From Raillietiella orientalis (Eukaryota): a stretch of DNA of 64,000 bases. The notes beneath the pieces were generated by a model. It was not told the origin of the DNA. It saw only the letters and a program-made list of their open reading frames with translations, and made no database searches. The stretch is taken from the NCBI GenBank assembly GCA_036172245.1, contig JAYWIR010000003.1, positions 4,836,001 to 4,900,000 of the forward strand, read 5' to 3'. Shown here piece by piece: positions 25,187 through 36,985 of the stretch (position 1 is its first letter; each line of letters begins with the position of its first letter). The position numbers and the translations under genes were made by a program.

Positions 25187-28100
25187 TCACATATAATGCT
25201 TAAAGCCACTTTTGTCTCTCTTCAACCAAGCCTCATCCTGTGCAACAGCCCGAGCAGCATCTCCAGTCCCACCCTGTGCTGTCATCCAGGGAAGATAACC
25301 ACCCTGGGCAGCCCCTTGAGGAGCAGGTGCTGCAGGAGGTGCTCCCTGATAACCCGATGGGTAGCTATGACCAAAAGAATGGCCTTCAGGAGGACCTTGT
25401 GGAGGTGGTTGCTGCTGAGGATGTTGCAAGTTATTCAACAACCCCCAGCTGGCTTGATTAAGCGCAGCAGCCACTAGGGCAGAACTCATGGGATTCAATG
25501 GTCCCAAATTGAAAGGACCTAAATGATTAGGTGGACCTTGCCCTGGAGTCTGAGCTCCCTGAGAAGGACCCAAATTTGTATTAATACCAAGAGAACTGCC
25601 CAAAGCAGCTAAGTTAGGAAGCTCCCCTCCTCGCTGACCCCAACCCTGACTGGTGGAATGAAATGTTGAATGTCCCTCACGAGAAGGATCCAGGCGGCCT
25701 GGTCCACGACCCCAAGGGCTCCTACCTGCAGGGTCTGATTTAGGAGCCGCACTGCTGACGTGCACTGAGATGCCATTGATGATATGATCCTCCCCACAGA
25801 GAGTCTGAGCTATCTCGGGATCCAAAAATGTAACAAATGCGAAGGCTCGAAATGGTTTGGGAATAAAAACATCCGTGACTTCTCCAAATCTAGAAAAATA
25901 ATCTCGCAGATCTTCAGCAGTCATATCTTCAGTGCACCGGCCAACAAAAACTTTGCAAGGAACATGTGGCAAATGATGCTCACTGTAATAATTTTCCTAA
26001 AAAAAGGCCAATAAATCCAAAACGACTCATGCACTCATAAATTACTTACACAGTTAACTTTAGAATTGGGTATCTTCACATCACACCAACGCCCTTCTAT
26101 CATATGGCGTTGCGACAAAACACGCATCTGGGATTCGAAAGAACCAAAACGTATAAATCCAAATCCTTTGGATTGACCAGATTTTGGATCCTTCTTTACT
26201 TGCGCCATCAGCACTTCACCGAACTGCTCAAAATACTGCCTGAGTTCGGATTCATTTGTTTTCCATGGCAGACCAAGTACAATTAGATCCGAGCACTTCT
26301 GTTTATCGATACGTTTCGTTTTAGCTATGGAATTCTCCAGCAATTCATCCGATTTGCGTTTATTCTCTGCGGCTTTTATAAAACATGGATCAATATTTAC
26401 ATCACTTAACACATTTCATACATTCTTTTCCCATAATAATCAAATTTTTTTTTCTGATAGAAAACAGTGTTATAATAAACAAAACAAATTTCGAACCAGA
26501 AAATGAAAAACGAAAAATAACAATTTTTTTTCCCAAAATGTTTGAAATGCTACGATCAAATTAGGTTTTTTTTTTTTGACTGCTAATTTGACAAAATGAC
26601 CTTAATGAGGAGAACCATCATTAAGGTTTTTAAAATCTAAGCGGTGTAATTATTCTCATCCCATTTGCAAACTTCACTTTCATTTCTGATGCTTATTTCT
26701 CTAGTTCAGTTCTTTTGAATTCAACTCACATAAATGAAAAGCTGTGGGGAGTGGATTTCACTTGTTCAAAAACTTAATCTGTTTCATCAATCATAATCTC
26801 AATCTTAGTGTTCAGTTTTCTGGCAACTGCTTCTAATTAAATGTTGTCAGGCCAATGCAACCTTCTTCCAAATACATGGTTTCTATTGAAATGCTACATA
26901 ATTTTGAAGTTTTAATAAAAAAATTGACTTGTTACGCATTGAGTTATATTTATTACTCCTAAATCACACAATTCTTTCATCCCTAACAGTTTAAGTACAT
27001 AATCAAATTTCAACATAACTAGCTTGGCTGCGATCAATTGATCAATAATCTTTCTCTTAATAAAAACACATACAATACTAAATTTAAGTTTGATAATTAA
27101 CATATATAGTATTGGACAAACCAAAACCAAAGCTCTTTCACAGCATCAACTACATAAACACACAAGAACCGAACACTCATTTTGAATAACACTTTTGGAA
27201 AACGTCAAATATGATGTGACCTTTACTTTCTTTTCATTTACACCTACATGCAGAATAACAATGCAGATGTTTACTTTAATTAGATAAAATACTCGAGTAA
27301 TTAAGCAGAAAATGCCTAAATAAAGCACAAAACACATGGAAAATTTTGAAACGATAAGAGATTCGAACAGAAAACTACATATGTTGACAAATCTTTTTTA
27401 CAACACACAAGCACCAAAGACTTTCTTTTTCTTTTATAGTTCAAAATACCCCTTTCCTTAAATTTTCGATGATCAAATATCAAAGTTCACACTAATAATC
27501 ACACCTTAAATCCAGCAGATAATGCTTTACATAAACGTACTAACATGCATGAGATATACATTATCACATATAAAATGCATAGATATGTCACACAAAATGT
27601 TTTTACTCCTACATTTCTATCTGTACATATTATTTATGTCAGCTCATGTTCCTGAGTAATATACAGTTAATGAAATGGTCTCAGAATATTTTTGAATTTA
27701 CTTTTCAATCTCCCAAAAAGCAGAAAACTATCTTGTGGAATTATTGTTATTTTGAGCAGAAATCAAAAAAGTTGCTACAGATTCAAGATCGTGTCACTAT
27801 GGTTACCTAAAATGTGATTTTAATGCTTATTTATCATTGTCAAACTAAATCTTTTAACTAGTTAATTAAAGCATCCGAACCTTAATTTACTAAACATTCA
27901 CCCAGGAACCAACTATCTGAGATATCAGAGATAGCAGTAGCTATCAGAGATAAAGTAGCAGCAACATGAGCATCAGTTCGAAACTTGATTTATTCAGCTT
28001 GTGTGTATTCACTAACATTTTACAACCATGAAAAAATAGTTCAAATAACGCTATTTGACAAATCGAATCCCTACAGCCTTTTTATTTTCAATTCAGTCCC

Positions 28101-31044
28101 ATCAATAAGATGTACAAATTTGTAGCTAGCAATATCAGGAAGAACTTCTCTTTCCCAGAAAGTAAATGCATTTGAAATATATCTTTGGTTAAAAATAACC
28201 ACATCCAGCTCAAGATTTGCCTTCTAAGTCAGCTGCATTCACATTAACCACCACATTTTTTGGTATGGGGAGTCACCTATCCAATATCTTTTTCATATGG
28301 TTGAACAGATACTAACATGGCTAATAACTTCTAGAAAAAACATCAGTATATTTGTACATCTTGAGATTACATCCAAGCAATGTATTCTGCAAGTTCCAGG
28401 AGCTTTTTTTTTTTTTTTTTTTTTTTAACAATTCAAAAAAGATCTGCACTTACTTAGCATTCTTTAATATTTGCATACCTATGCATGTTAGATGCAATAA
28501 CCTAAAACACTAGTTATGATTTTACATATATGATTACTTGAAATTAAAATTTAGATATTAATGAAACACAAATCATAAATAGCATATAAATGAAAATTGT
28601 CTGGATGACAAAACAAAACTTGTCGATGCCATAAAACTATAAAATAGTATTGTTAGCAACAAATAGAATCAATGGATTTCTGTTTAATAAAGCATTACAA
28701 ATTCCTAGATATTGAACTGTGATAGGTTACTTTTGAATTCACCACAGCTTGTGAAACCTCAGAGCATTATCTACACTATTCACTTGTGAAAATACAATTG
28801 CTGTTAGTTTTACAGACAAATAATGTCTACAAAGCAAAATAAGCAATCAAACAAATAAACCAATGAACTGCATAAAATGTATGCTTATTCATCTTATAGA
28901 CTGTGCTTATACATATTTGAACAATATTTGGATGTATGTTCATGTTACTTTCAACAATGCATTAACAACATAATCATATCATCAATGTATATTTTTCAAA
29001 ATATACTACACTTGGTAGCAAAACTCTCATTCTGAAATTGATGGTTACTTACAGTACATATTCCACAATCAAAATACCAATATCTGTGGGCAATTTTATT
29101 TCCAAAATTCAGTATTCATGGAGGGTCTCAAACTACTTTATTTGGATGTTTCAATCATTTAGTACTTTATTGAAACCACTGAGTCAACACATATGAAATT
29201 TATAGATAGAAAAAGTTGCACACATCTGCATAATCACAATGAACACTTATTACAGAAAGGTACACAGCAATGAAATTAGTGACACTACATATGATAAAAA
29301 GTTTCAACAAAGTAGCTGAATGTACTAAGACTATGAAAACCACAAGACTAGTAGTAACCCAAACTGAAGGCTATTCAGCATATGACACTAGTAAAAAAAA
29401 AATCCCTGCTAACTGGAAACCCGAAAAAATACTTCTCGACATAAATCAGAAGACTAAGCTTATATCACTCTATAGTCTAATTCAATAATTCTGCTAATGT
29501 TAGCTCTGAGAAAGGAAAAGCAGTTGTGGACTAATGTTTTGGCACATTTGCTTTAAAATCTTAATAAGCATTTCCTCAAATAGAGCACTCCAGATTCTGC
29601 ATACTGCTGCTGAGCCTGGCCATTTAATTTATGTTCTACTGTGCTTTCTACATAAAGACTGAATTAACTATTAGCAGCCTTGCAAATAAGCATGTACTTC
29701 ATGTTTATAATTTCCGAGGAAAATTTTAATTCACCTAGACTTAGAAAAACAGTTTAGTCTTAGATCACTTTACAACTCAACTGTACATAATTTTGATACA
29801 GAACTAATACATGAAGGTCCTATAAAGGTAGCAACTATAAAAAATAAAGTTTTCAGGCTTCCTCTGGAATGGAATCAAAGTTGGAATTCTTTGGAATGTT
29901 CTTTTGAACTTACAGAAAAACTTCAAAAATTTCAAACTGTATGCTAAACTTTCTTCCAAAAAATTAACAACTTTTTTCCTTTGTATTCATACTCTGAGTA
30001 TTGCTAGAAAAAAGCACATTACATTTTATTAATACTCTGCATATACTTGAAGGAATGATAATCATAAATTGTTAAGCTTTATGCAGCAAGCATGTCTGAA
30101 CCTTTTTTTCCAAAATTTGTCATAAATAACTGCACTGTTTCATGATTTCACTAAAAATTTCATAAGAAACAGTAGTATTTGTCAACACAATGTCAGATTT
30201 CCTATTTTAAGATCATACTATAAAGAAATCTAAAATAAATTCAAGAGACTTGACTTTCTATGAATTCAACTTAATTAAACTAAATATGATCTCAATGAAT
30301 AATTGAGATCTACACTAATTACTGCATTTCTATTGTTATTTTTTTCGGATAAGCATCAAAGTTTTACAAATCATTTTCAATCAAGTTTTCTAAAGCAATT
30401 TTCGTATTATTATGGAAGATTCTCATGGCATGGAGACTACTTTATAGTAACAATCATCTATCAATAATAAGAATTAAAAAAATTCCATGCTGCTCTCGTA
30501 TCATCCCTTGCCCCTTTATTCGTGTTTTCGTAGCTACAAACAAAACGATTTATAAACACTTGAAATTTACTGGGGCTGACGGCAATCCTTGCATACTCTT
30601 CATTTACGAAGTCAAACTTATGAAAGCATGAAAAATCAAAAGATAAATACACGAACAGAAATCCGAGAATCACATGAAATAGTTGCCTTAAGAAAACAAG
30701 CATAACATGTTCTCAATCAAGACACATTTATTGTAAAACATCAGTTACATGAAATGAAAACCACATCTTAAAAATTCAACAATTTAAAGCAATTTTAAAC
30801 ATATACCTTTGGGAAACACGCATATGTATACCAGATTTCCCCATCCATCTTCTGGAGGATGTAATCGACCATCTACAAGCCTGACTCCTCTAAGGGAACG
30901 TGTTTCTGGGTGACGAAACTTCAAACCACAGCATCCGGGGAACTGAGCCGCAACAGTCGATAAAAGTAAAGTATTATCTTCTTCTGTAGGTAACTCAATA
31001 TATTCCTCATTTTCATCCTCAGCTACTTGTATATACGAACACAT
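25187..31044 (-). CDS. TARDBP: TAR DNA-binding protein 43 (TDP-43/TBPH), 451-454 aa. Exons 31044-30807, 26366-26059 (or -26050), 25996-25187
   Basis: [51 protein letters not shown]1 [21 protein letters not shown]2 [15 protein letters not shown], and a G/Q/N-rich tail with the conserved helix [15 protein letters not shown]. Confidence 0.96.
28454..28501 (-). other. Candidate 48-nt poison (PTC-containing) cassette exon in the long TDP-43 intron
   Basis: GTGTTTTAG|GTTATTGCATCTAA...GAATGCTAA|GTAAGTG. In the TDP-43 phase it reads G-Y-C-I-stop. Confidence 0.45.
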
Positions 31045-31066
31045 CTTTCCAATCAGCATTAAAACT

Positions 31067-31117
31067 CTAACATACAACACAATCACACCATTCAACAAAC
31101 AGACTTAAGTACTTTAC
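31067..31117 (-). other. Probable 51-nt 5'UTR intron of TDP-43 (UG-rich)
   Basis: GTAAAGT...TGTTTGTTGAATGGTGTGATTGTGTTGTATGTTAG, ending 22 nt before the ATG. Confidence 0.5.
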
Positions 31118-34058
31118 ATGCTCCGCTCGAATCCGCTCAACACGCTATTTGGGAAGGTGCATTCCTATATGCAATGCACTATGGGTAATAACAATGTCCG
31201 TAAATAACATTGCCAAGTGATTTTCACAGTATGCATTTTTTCAATAAATTCCTCAAAATTGTGATTTCATTACAAGTACAGACAACTGAAAATACAAGAA
31301 ATCTAAATTACCTTAAATTCTAATCTTAGAATTAAATCACTCTTTCCGAAATGCATCTAATTACTTCAAATAAGTAGAAAGTGAATACCTTGAAATTTCT
31401 TTCAAATTACTCTTCATTGCGAATCAATAGGATGAACAATGGAGATTCTACATCTAAAAAAGAGTTGAAATGGTTTTCTCTCTTAATGCTAATGCTACTA
31501 ACATGCATTTGTTCTTTGAGATGCTTAAATATAAATGGTATAGTGAACTTTATATGCATTACAGACCCTGATAATTAAAATAGGATTTGTGAAATTTCAT
31601 ACTTATTGCTCATCAGAATGTAAATCTCCTCACTTTGTTTGAAGTTACCTGCTTGAACGCAGGTGTTCATGGATGGTGTTTACGTGAATACTCTAGAAAA
31701 AATTGATTTCTCCCAAAATAACATAGAACAATACTAACTGAAGTAATGGAAATAAGAGAAAATTTATCATTTTATTTGATATTAAAATTAATTGAGCATC
31801 GTTTCTGGAAAATTTCGTTAATTTTTCTCCAAAACTAAGATAAACTCGACTGCACAGCTCTTCAAACTTTCTATCCAATTTAGGACATACTGTTTCTTTT
31901 ATTGATTTGATGTTATTTAGTAAACTTGGGAAATTTACTACAACAGCTACAGCAAATTAAGAACAGGACTTATGTTGTTTTGTAAACAAATAAAACAAGT
32001 ATACAAAGCATGATTCAAATAGAAATAATTTTAAAAATTCTCTCAAAATGATGGCGAAGAAATATTTAGTGATTCACTAAGACTTTCGGGATCCCATTCA
32101 TAAGAGAACAAGGTGTTCTGAATCTTAATTATGAAAACCGAGCAATTCGTTCTCTTCAAAACTGAAGATTGCCTGATAAAGCATAAGAAAAAGAATTTAC
32201 GCATGCCAGAAGCTCATGCTAACAAGTTTTTCATTTAGTCAGAATATATGTAGACTACCAGATTTTATGAAAACCCCAGTTAGTAAAACATCGTGAGACT
32301 GAGTTGAAGAAACACAGGAAACGTAAGACCCTCGTTCATGAATGAGATAAATTCTAACTGTTGCAGATTCGATTGAAGTCAACTAAAATATGGTTAACAT
32401 TAACACTTCAAGAGAAGCAATCGGGGGAATATTAGCAACGAAAAGTTTGGAAACGCTCTAACGTGAACTCCGGGTAATCAGATTCAAGCATTTTTGTGAC
32501 TAGACTTTCGTGACTTTTTTACCTGATGCTTGAAATACATTTAAAGAACTTCGAAACGTAAATTAAGTGAGACAAGTAGACGTATCAAGTTTTGAATTTC
32601 CAAACTCTTAAAATTGGAAAATTCCTGCAATGTTCCCCAAAACTGATCATAACATCCATTCCATGTACTATGGCGCTAAAAAGTCCATCACACACTGTAG
32701 GATAAAAGATAGGCTTTTAGAAATAAAGTCTTTAAAAAGATGACAGTAATTCTTTGCTCAATAACTTGCATTGAAGGGTTAAGGCCATTCATTTCCTCAT
32801 GGCCAAATCTTAATGAATGACAGTACATTACCGTCCTGAGATAACTGTTGAAGGTACTGTAAACTTCTTTACCTCTTAAGATAACTCGGTAAAGAACTGG
32901 AAAGGTGCTCAGTTTTCCAAAAAAGATATTTTGTCAAGCTTGTTTCATAGAAAACTCTTTGAGACAACTTCGTCTTTCGTGAATATTCGACTCATCATAT
33001 ATATTGTATTTTTGTGAGAAAATTTAGAATTTCCTCACAAATTTGCGAGATTATGAGACTGCCATTCTTTTTGATGCATGAACTTCAAGGACGTAATTTG
33101 ATGGGCTGAAACCTTTGATATCATGATCCAAAGAAATTTGGTACCCATTCATTACTTTTGTAACACATAGCTGTCGAAAAATTTTTTTATTAAAAACGAG
33201 ATGCCAAATGCATCATGGAAATTTACTAAGCACTATTGTGCTTTTTCCAAGTTTGCGGAGGTAAGTAGTGTGGCAAGTCTGAAAGTATGTGGATTTTTTC
33301 TCTGGCTGCAAAAATTCCGAAGTACCGTTTTGCCATATAAATCCAGTCTTTCGTTTCATGAATGGGAAAGTCTTTTCCTCACACAGAATGCTCGTAAATT
33401 GATGACTATGTAGTGGCTGTAGAATTTCCACGTTGCACTCCAAGTCTGCTTAGATGACTTGGCAAACAAACAGAAAGAGACCGAAAATACAGTTGTATGA
33501 TGATACACTAAAAGTAACATACTATACATTACCTCTGTCTACTAGTATTTTAAAAGAATGGCAATCACATTATATGTAATGTGAAAAAACAAAAAAAACA
33601 AAAGGAACGCAACAAATTTTGCGAAAACCTTCGACATGCCAACAAATTATGGTTTCTAACTTTCAACAAGGTTTCTATCCTTTCAATTTAAAATAGTAAA
33701 GCGGTAATAACATGCTCCTTTCAGGGGAGCATTCTGCTTGAAGCTCTGTAATGTTTTGTTTTGTACAAAAACACCCTAAGGACTTATGAAATTCACACTG
33801 TGATACAACATAAGTTTGACAACAGAAACTCATCTCCATGAATGAAGAACAGGTTGCCTGCTGTTTTACAAAGTAAAATTTGTTAACTGAATTGGAAAAC
33901 GAATTAAAATATGTGCTGAACATTTACAAGTGAGCTGGGATTCTAGGTTAGCCTGGGACCACTACATTTAGGAAATCCAAAAGCCTAAGTCGAAATAAGT
34001 AAGAGTCATATTGGTAAATGTGTGGCAAATTTGTCCAAACATATATTCACATGACTCT

Positions 34059-36985
34059 CTAGGTTCTCATCCTTGGATAACCAAGCCATGCAAACAGGAC
34101 ACTGTAAAAAAGCATTACAAAAATATTGCCATTTGATAATTTACTTGCCTGATGTTCAGAAGTAGTGGAAGGTTTTGGGGGAGACCAAAATAAAAACGAC
34201 TTCATCCTTTCCCTTTGGTCTCCAAGCCATGATGATGTCTGTGCCAGAGTGGCATTCAAGAAAGATGATTTTTGATGTTTTCCTTGTTCTTCTAACTCTT
34301 CTTCCATTTGTTGAATGTATTCTTGTTGGTAACCAAACAAAAATTCTGTTTCTTTCAATTGTTGTGACAACCACAAGAAACGTGACCGTTGTTTTTCAAG
34401 TAATGCCTCCTTTTCTCTAATCTCATCCCAAGCATAACGTAGTAGATGCCGCCAGTACTCTGCTTTATCTGCATTACTCTGATTACAGGTATGACTGGCA
34501 GAATTGCTGTCCAGTTTATGTTCTTCTTCAATACTGCTCGTTTTTTTTTTCCTAACTTCTAATTCCTCAATACCATTCTTTAATTTTTTCCTTGCTTCTA
34601 GTTCCTCCATAATGTTTGCAAGTTCCCTGCTTTTGGCTTCAAGCTCTAAATCACGTGACTGAATTCTCATGTTCAACAGTTTCTGCTTTTCATAGCAATC
34701 ATCCAATAACTTCTTTTCATGCAAAAATTGTGATTCTACTTCCCTAATTAGCTGTTCTTTCTTTTGCAATTCTCTTGTTTGCTCCTGCAACAATTTCCTC
34801 TGTACTTGCAATTCTTTCACTTGTTCTTCATATAGCTGTCTCATAATACTGCACCGTTTCCAAAGTCTACTTTCTTCATCAGGTAAGTATTCATAAGATA
34901 TTCTATTGTCCTGAAGCTCCCAATCGAAATTTCGACCTTGTTTTTCTCCAAGTTTTCCTAACTTCCTCAGTTGGTTGTTCTCTTCTTCGAGACGCAAGAT
35001 CTCTCTTCTCATGGAACCCAACTGCCATTGAACTGTTTGTAATTGAAAGTCACTATCTTTGTTCTCAGTGAATTGTTCTGATGTTTCATCCTCTTCTCTC
35101 ATGTAGGACTGTGATGCATGTGATAGCCTCTTGGAACATGATTCATCCTCATAATATACAGAATGAACAGAAGCACTGCTTTCTGAATGATCTACCTTAC
35201 TTAATGTTTCATATGTTTGTGTTTGGGAAGATATGCATTCTTTGGAATTTTTTTCTTTCTGAACACCTGCATTAACATTCAAAAGAAGGCTCATAAATTG
35301 CAGCTCTTGAATTTCTTCATCAGAGAGTGATATTCCATTGTTCACTTCCGATCTCATTTCAAAAACACTTTTTTCTGTGACCAATTTCTCAGTTTGGGAT
35401 TCCTCAATACTCCCATGTGTCTCAGAACAGTTTATGTCTGATGGTTTCCTTTCCTGGTATTCATCTAAAACTTTGGATTGCTCATCTTGGCTAGCTCCTG
35501 TTTCTGGGACTAATTTTGAATTGCTTATTCCTTCATGGAAGTGTGGGATCTCAGTATCCTTAGTAACCAGAGGGTCATCTTCATATAAAGGTGGTGACTT
35601 AATCACAGCACTTGAATCCCACTCAAACTCTGTATTAACAGTGGGCTCTTTCAGATCTAACAGCAAAGAATCCATAAGGTCTGTAGATAAGCAGTTGCAT
35701 TGGTTTGATGAAAACAAGGAGTCTTCCGCTGATGGCCGAACTGTTTTTAATGAAAAACATGCATCTGAATCCATTTCTAACTTCTGGTCAGATCCAGATT
35801 GCTGCATGACTTCAGTGAAACCAACAGGAATTTCATGATCTTGTTTATTTGCTGTTTTCTTTTCAGGAAAACGTTTACATATTGTAGCTTTTTCCATGTG
35901 CGATAACACTGCTTCCCCTTTTCTTGCATCAGTGCTGCTCAAAACATCTTCATGTTTTAAAAGTGGAACTAAGCATGGAAAGGAGGAATAACTGCCAGAT
36001 GACTCCAATGAAGTTCTGTATCCATAAAAATGTTCCTTTTTGCAATGGTGTAATGACTGTATCCTCAAAATGCTACTAACCTTTTTTTGATGGAAATGCT
36101 GATCTACTTTTATCAGCAATTTTTCGACATATTCCAAAATTGATTTTGACTTGGAATGTGATACTCTGGAACTCTCTTCTGGGGCAAGACATTCAAGACT
36201 AGGCACATAGTCTAGACTTGCAGAATCAGTATCACTTGACTGGTTCTGTAACAGCAATGTATCTAGAAGATCAGATGTGCTTACTGTAATAGCTACCTGT
36301 TTGCAGAGAGATTGACTCAGACCAAGTAGCATGCTTCGTACACAAAAGAGACTGACTGACTTGTTTAGTTCATCTGATGACTTGATACTCTGATTACAGA
36401 TATGGGAAGCACTTTCTTCCATACTGCTATATTCACTGTTCACGTCATACTAAGATAACTCTGATGAATGAAACAGTGCAAAACATTCACCTGGGAAACA
36501 GGGCCAGAAATCTCCAAAAACGAACAAGATTTACATCTTGAACCTTGATGTTGTTTATGTGGCGAATGATTCAACTGGTTCTCTATGTCTCTTAGAATTT
36601 CCAACAAGGCTTCTTCCATTTCATCTATTTTAAAATAATGACAATCAACACATTCACCTACAGTACACATACGGGATTGGGGTTCAGACTATTTGTGCTT
36701 ATTTAATAAACTTTTGGATTCCCGGTAAACTGTAAACGCTTGAATGAACAAATTCACATTTCAAATCAAGGAATGCTTAAAAAGAACCTTTCGAACATTG
36801 GAAACTGCAATCAAAATGCAAATTTTTTTTTAATAGAATCATATACGTGACTACAATTCATGGGAAGCATTCAAACGATACTTATGCAAATGACTAATAC
36901 GGCTGTTACCTGATGGTTCCTCATTTTCAAAGTATTCCAGCACAATAAATGATGACTCGGAACTGTTTTCTGGATCATCATCCAT
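34059..36985 (-). CDS. Uncharacterised acidic/Ser-rich coiled-coil protein with a C-terminal hydrophobic (tail-anchor-like) segment. Large exon 36449-34059, exon 36624-36491; further 5' exons uncertain (possibly from ATG 36985, MDDDPENSSESSFIVL)
   Basis: A 2.4-kb stop-free frame in AT-rich DNA, with E/K/Q/L heptad-like stretches in the C-terminal third, ending GNIFVMLFYSVLFAWLGYPRMRT*. GT-AG introns at 36490-36450 (41 nt) and 36657-36625 (33 nt) join upstream frames. Confidence 0.75.

Noticed and set aside
31590..31620. Minimal hammerhead-like CUGAUGAG...GAAA on the minus strand (also CTGATGAG at ~59866)
   Set aside because: Stem II does not pair properly at 31.6 kb, and the GAAA core is missing at 59.9 kb.
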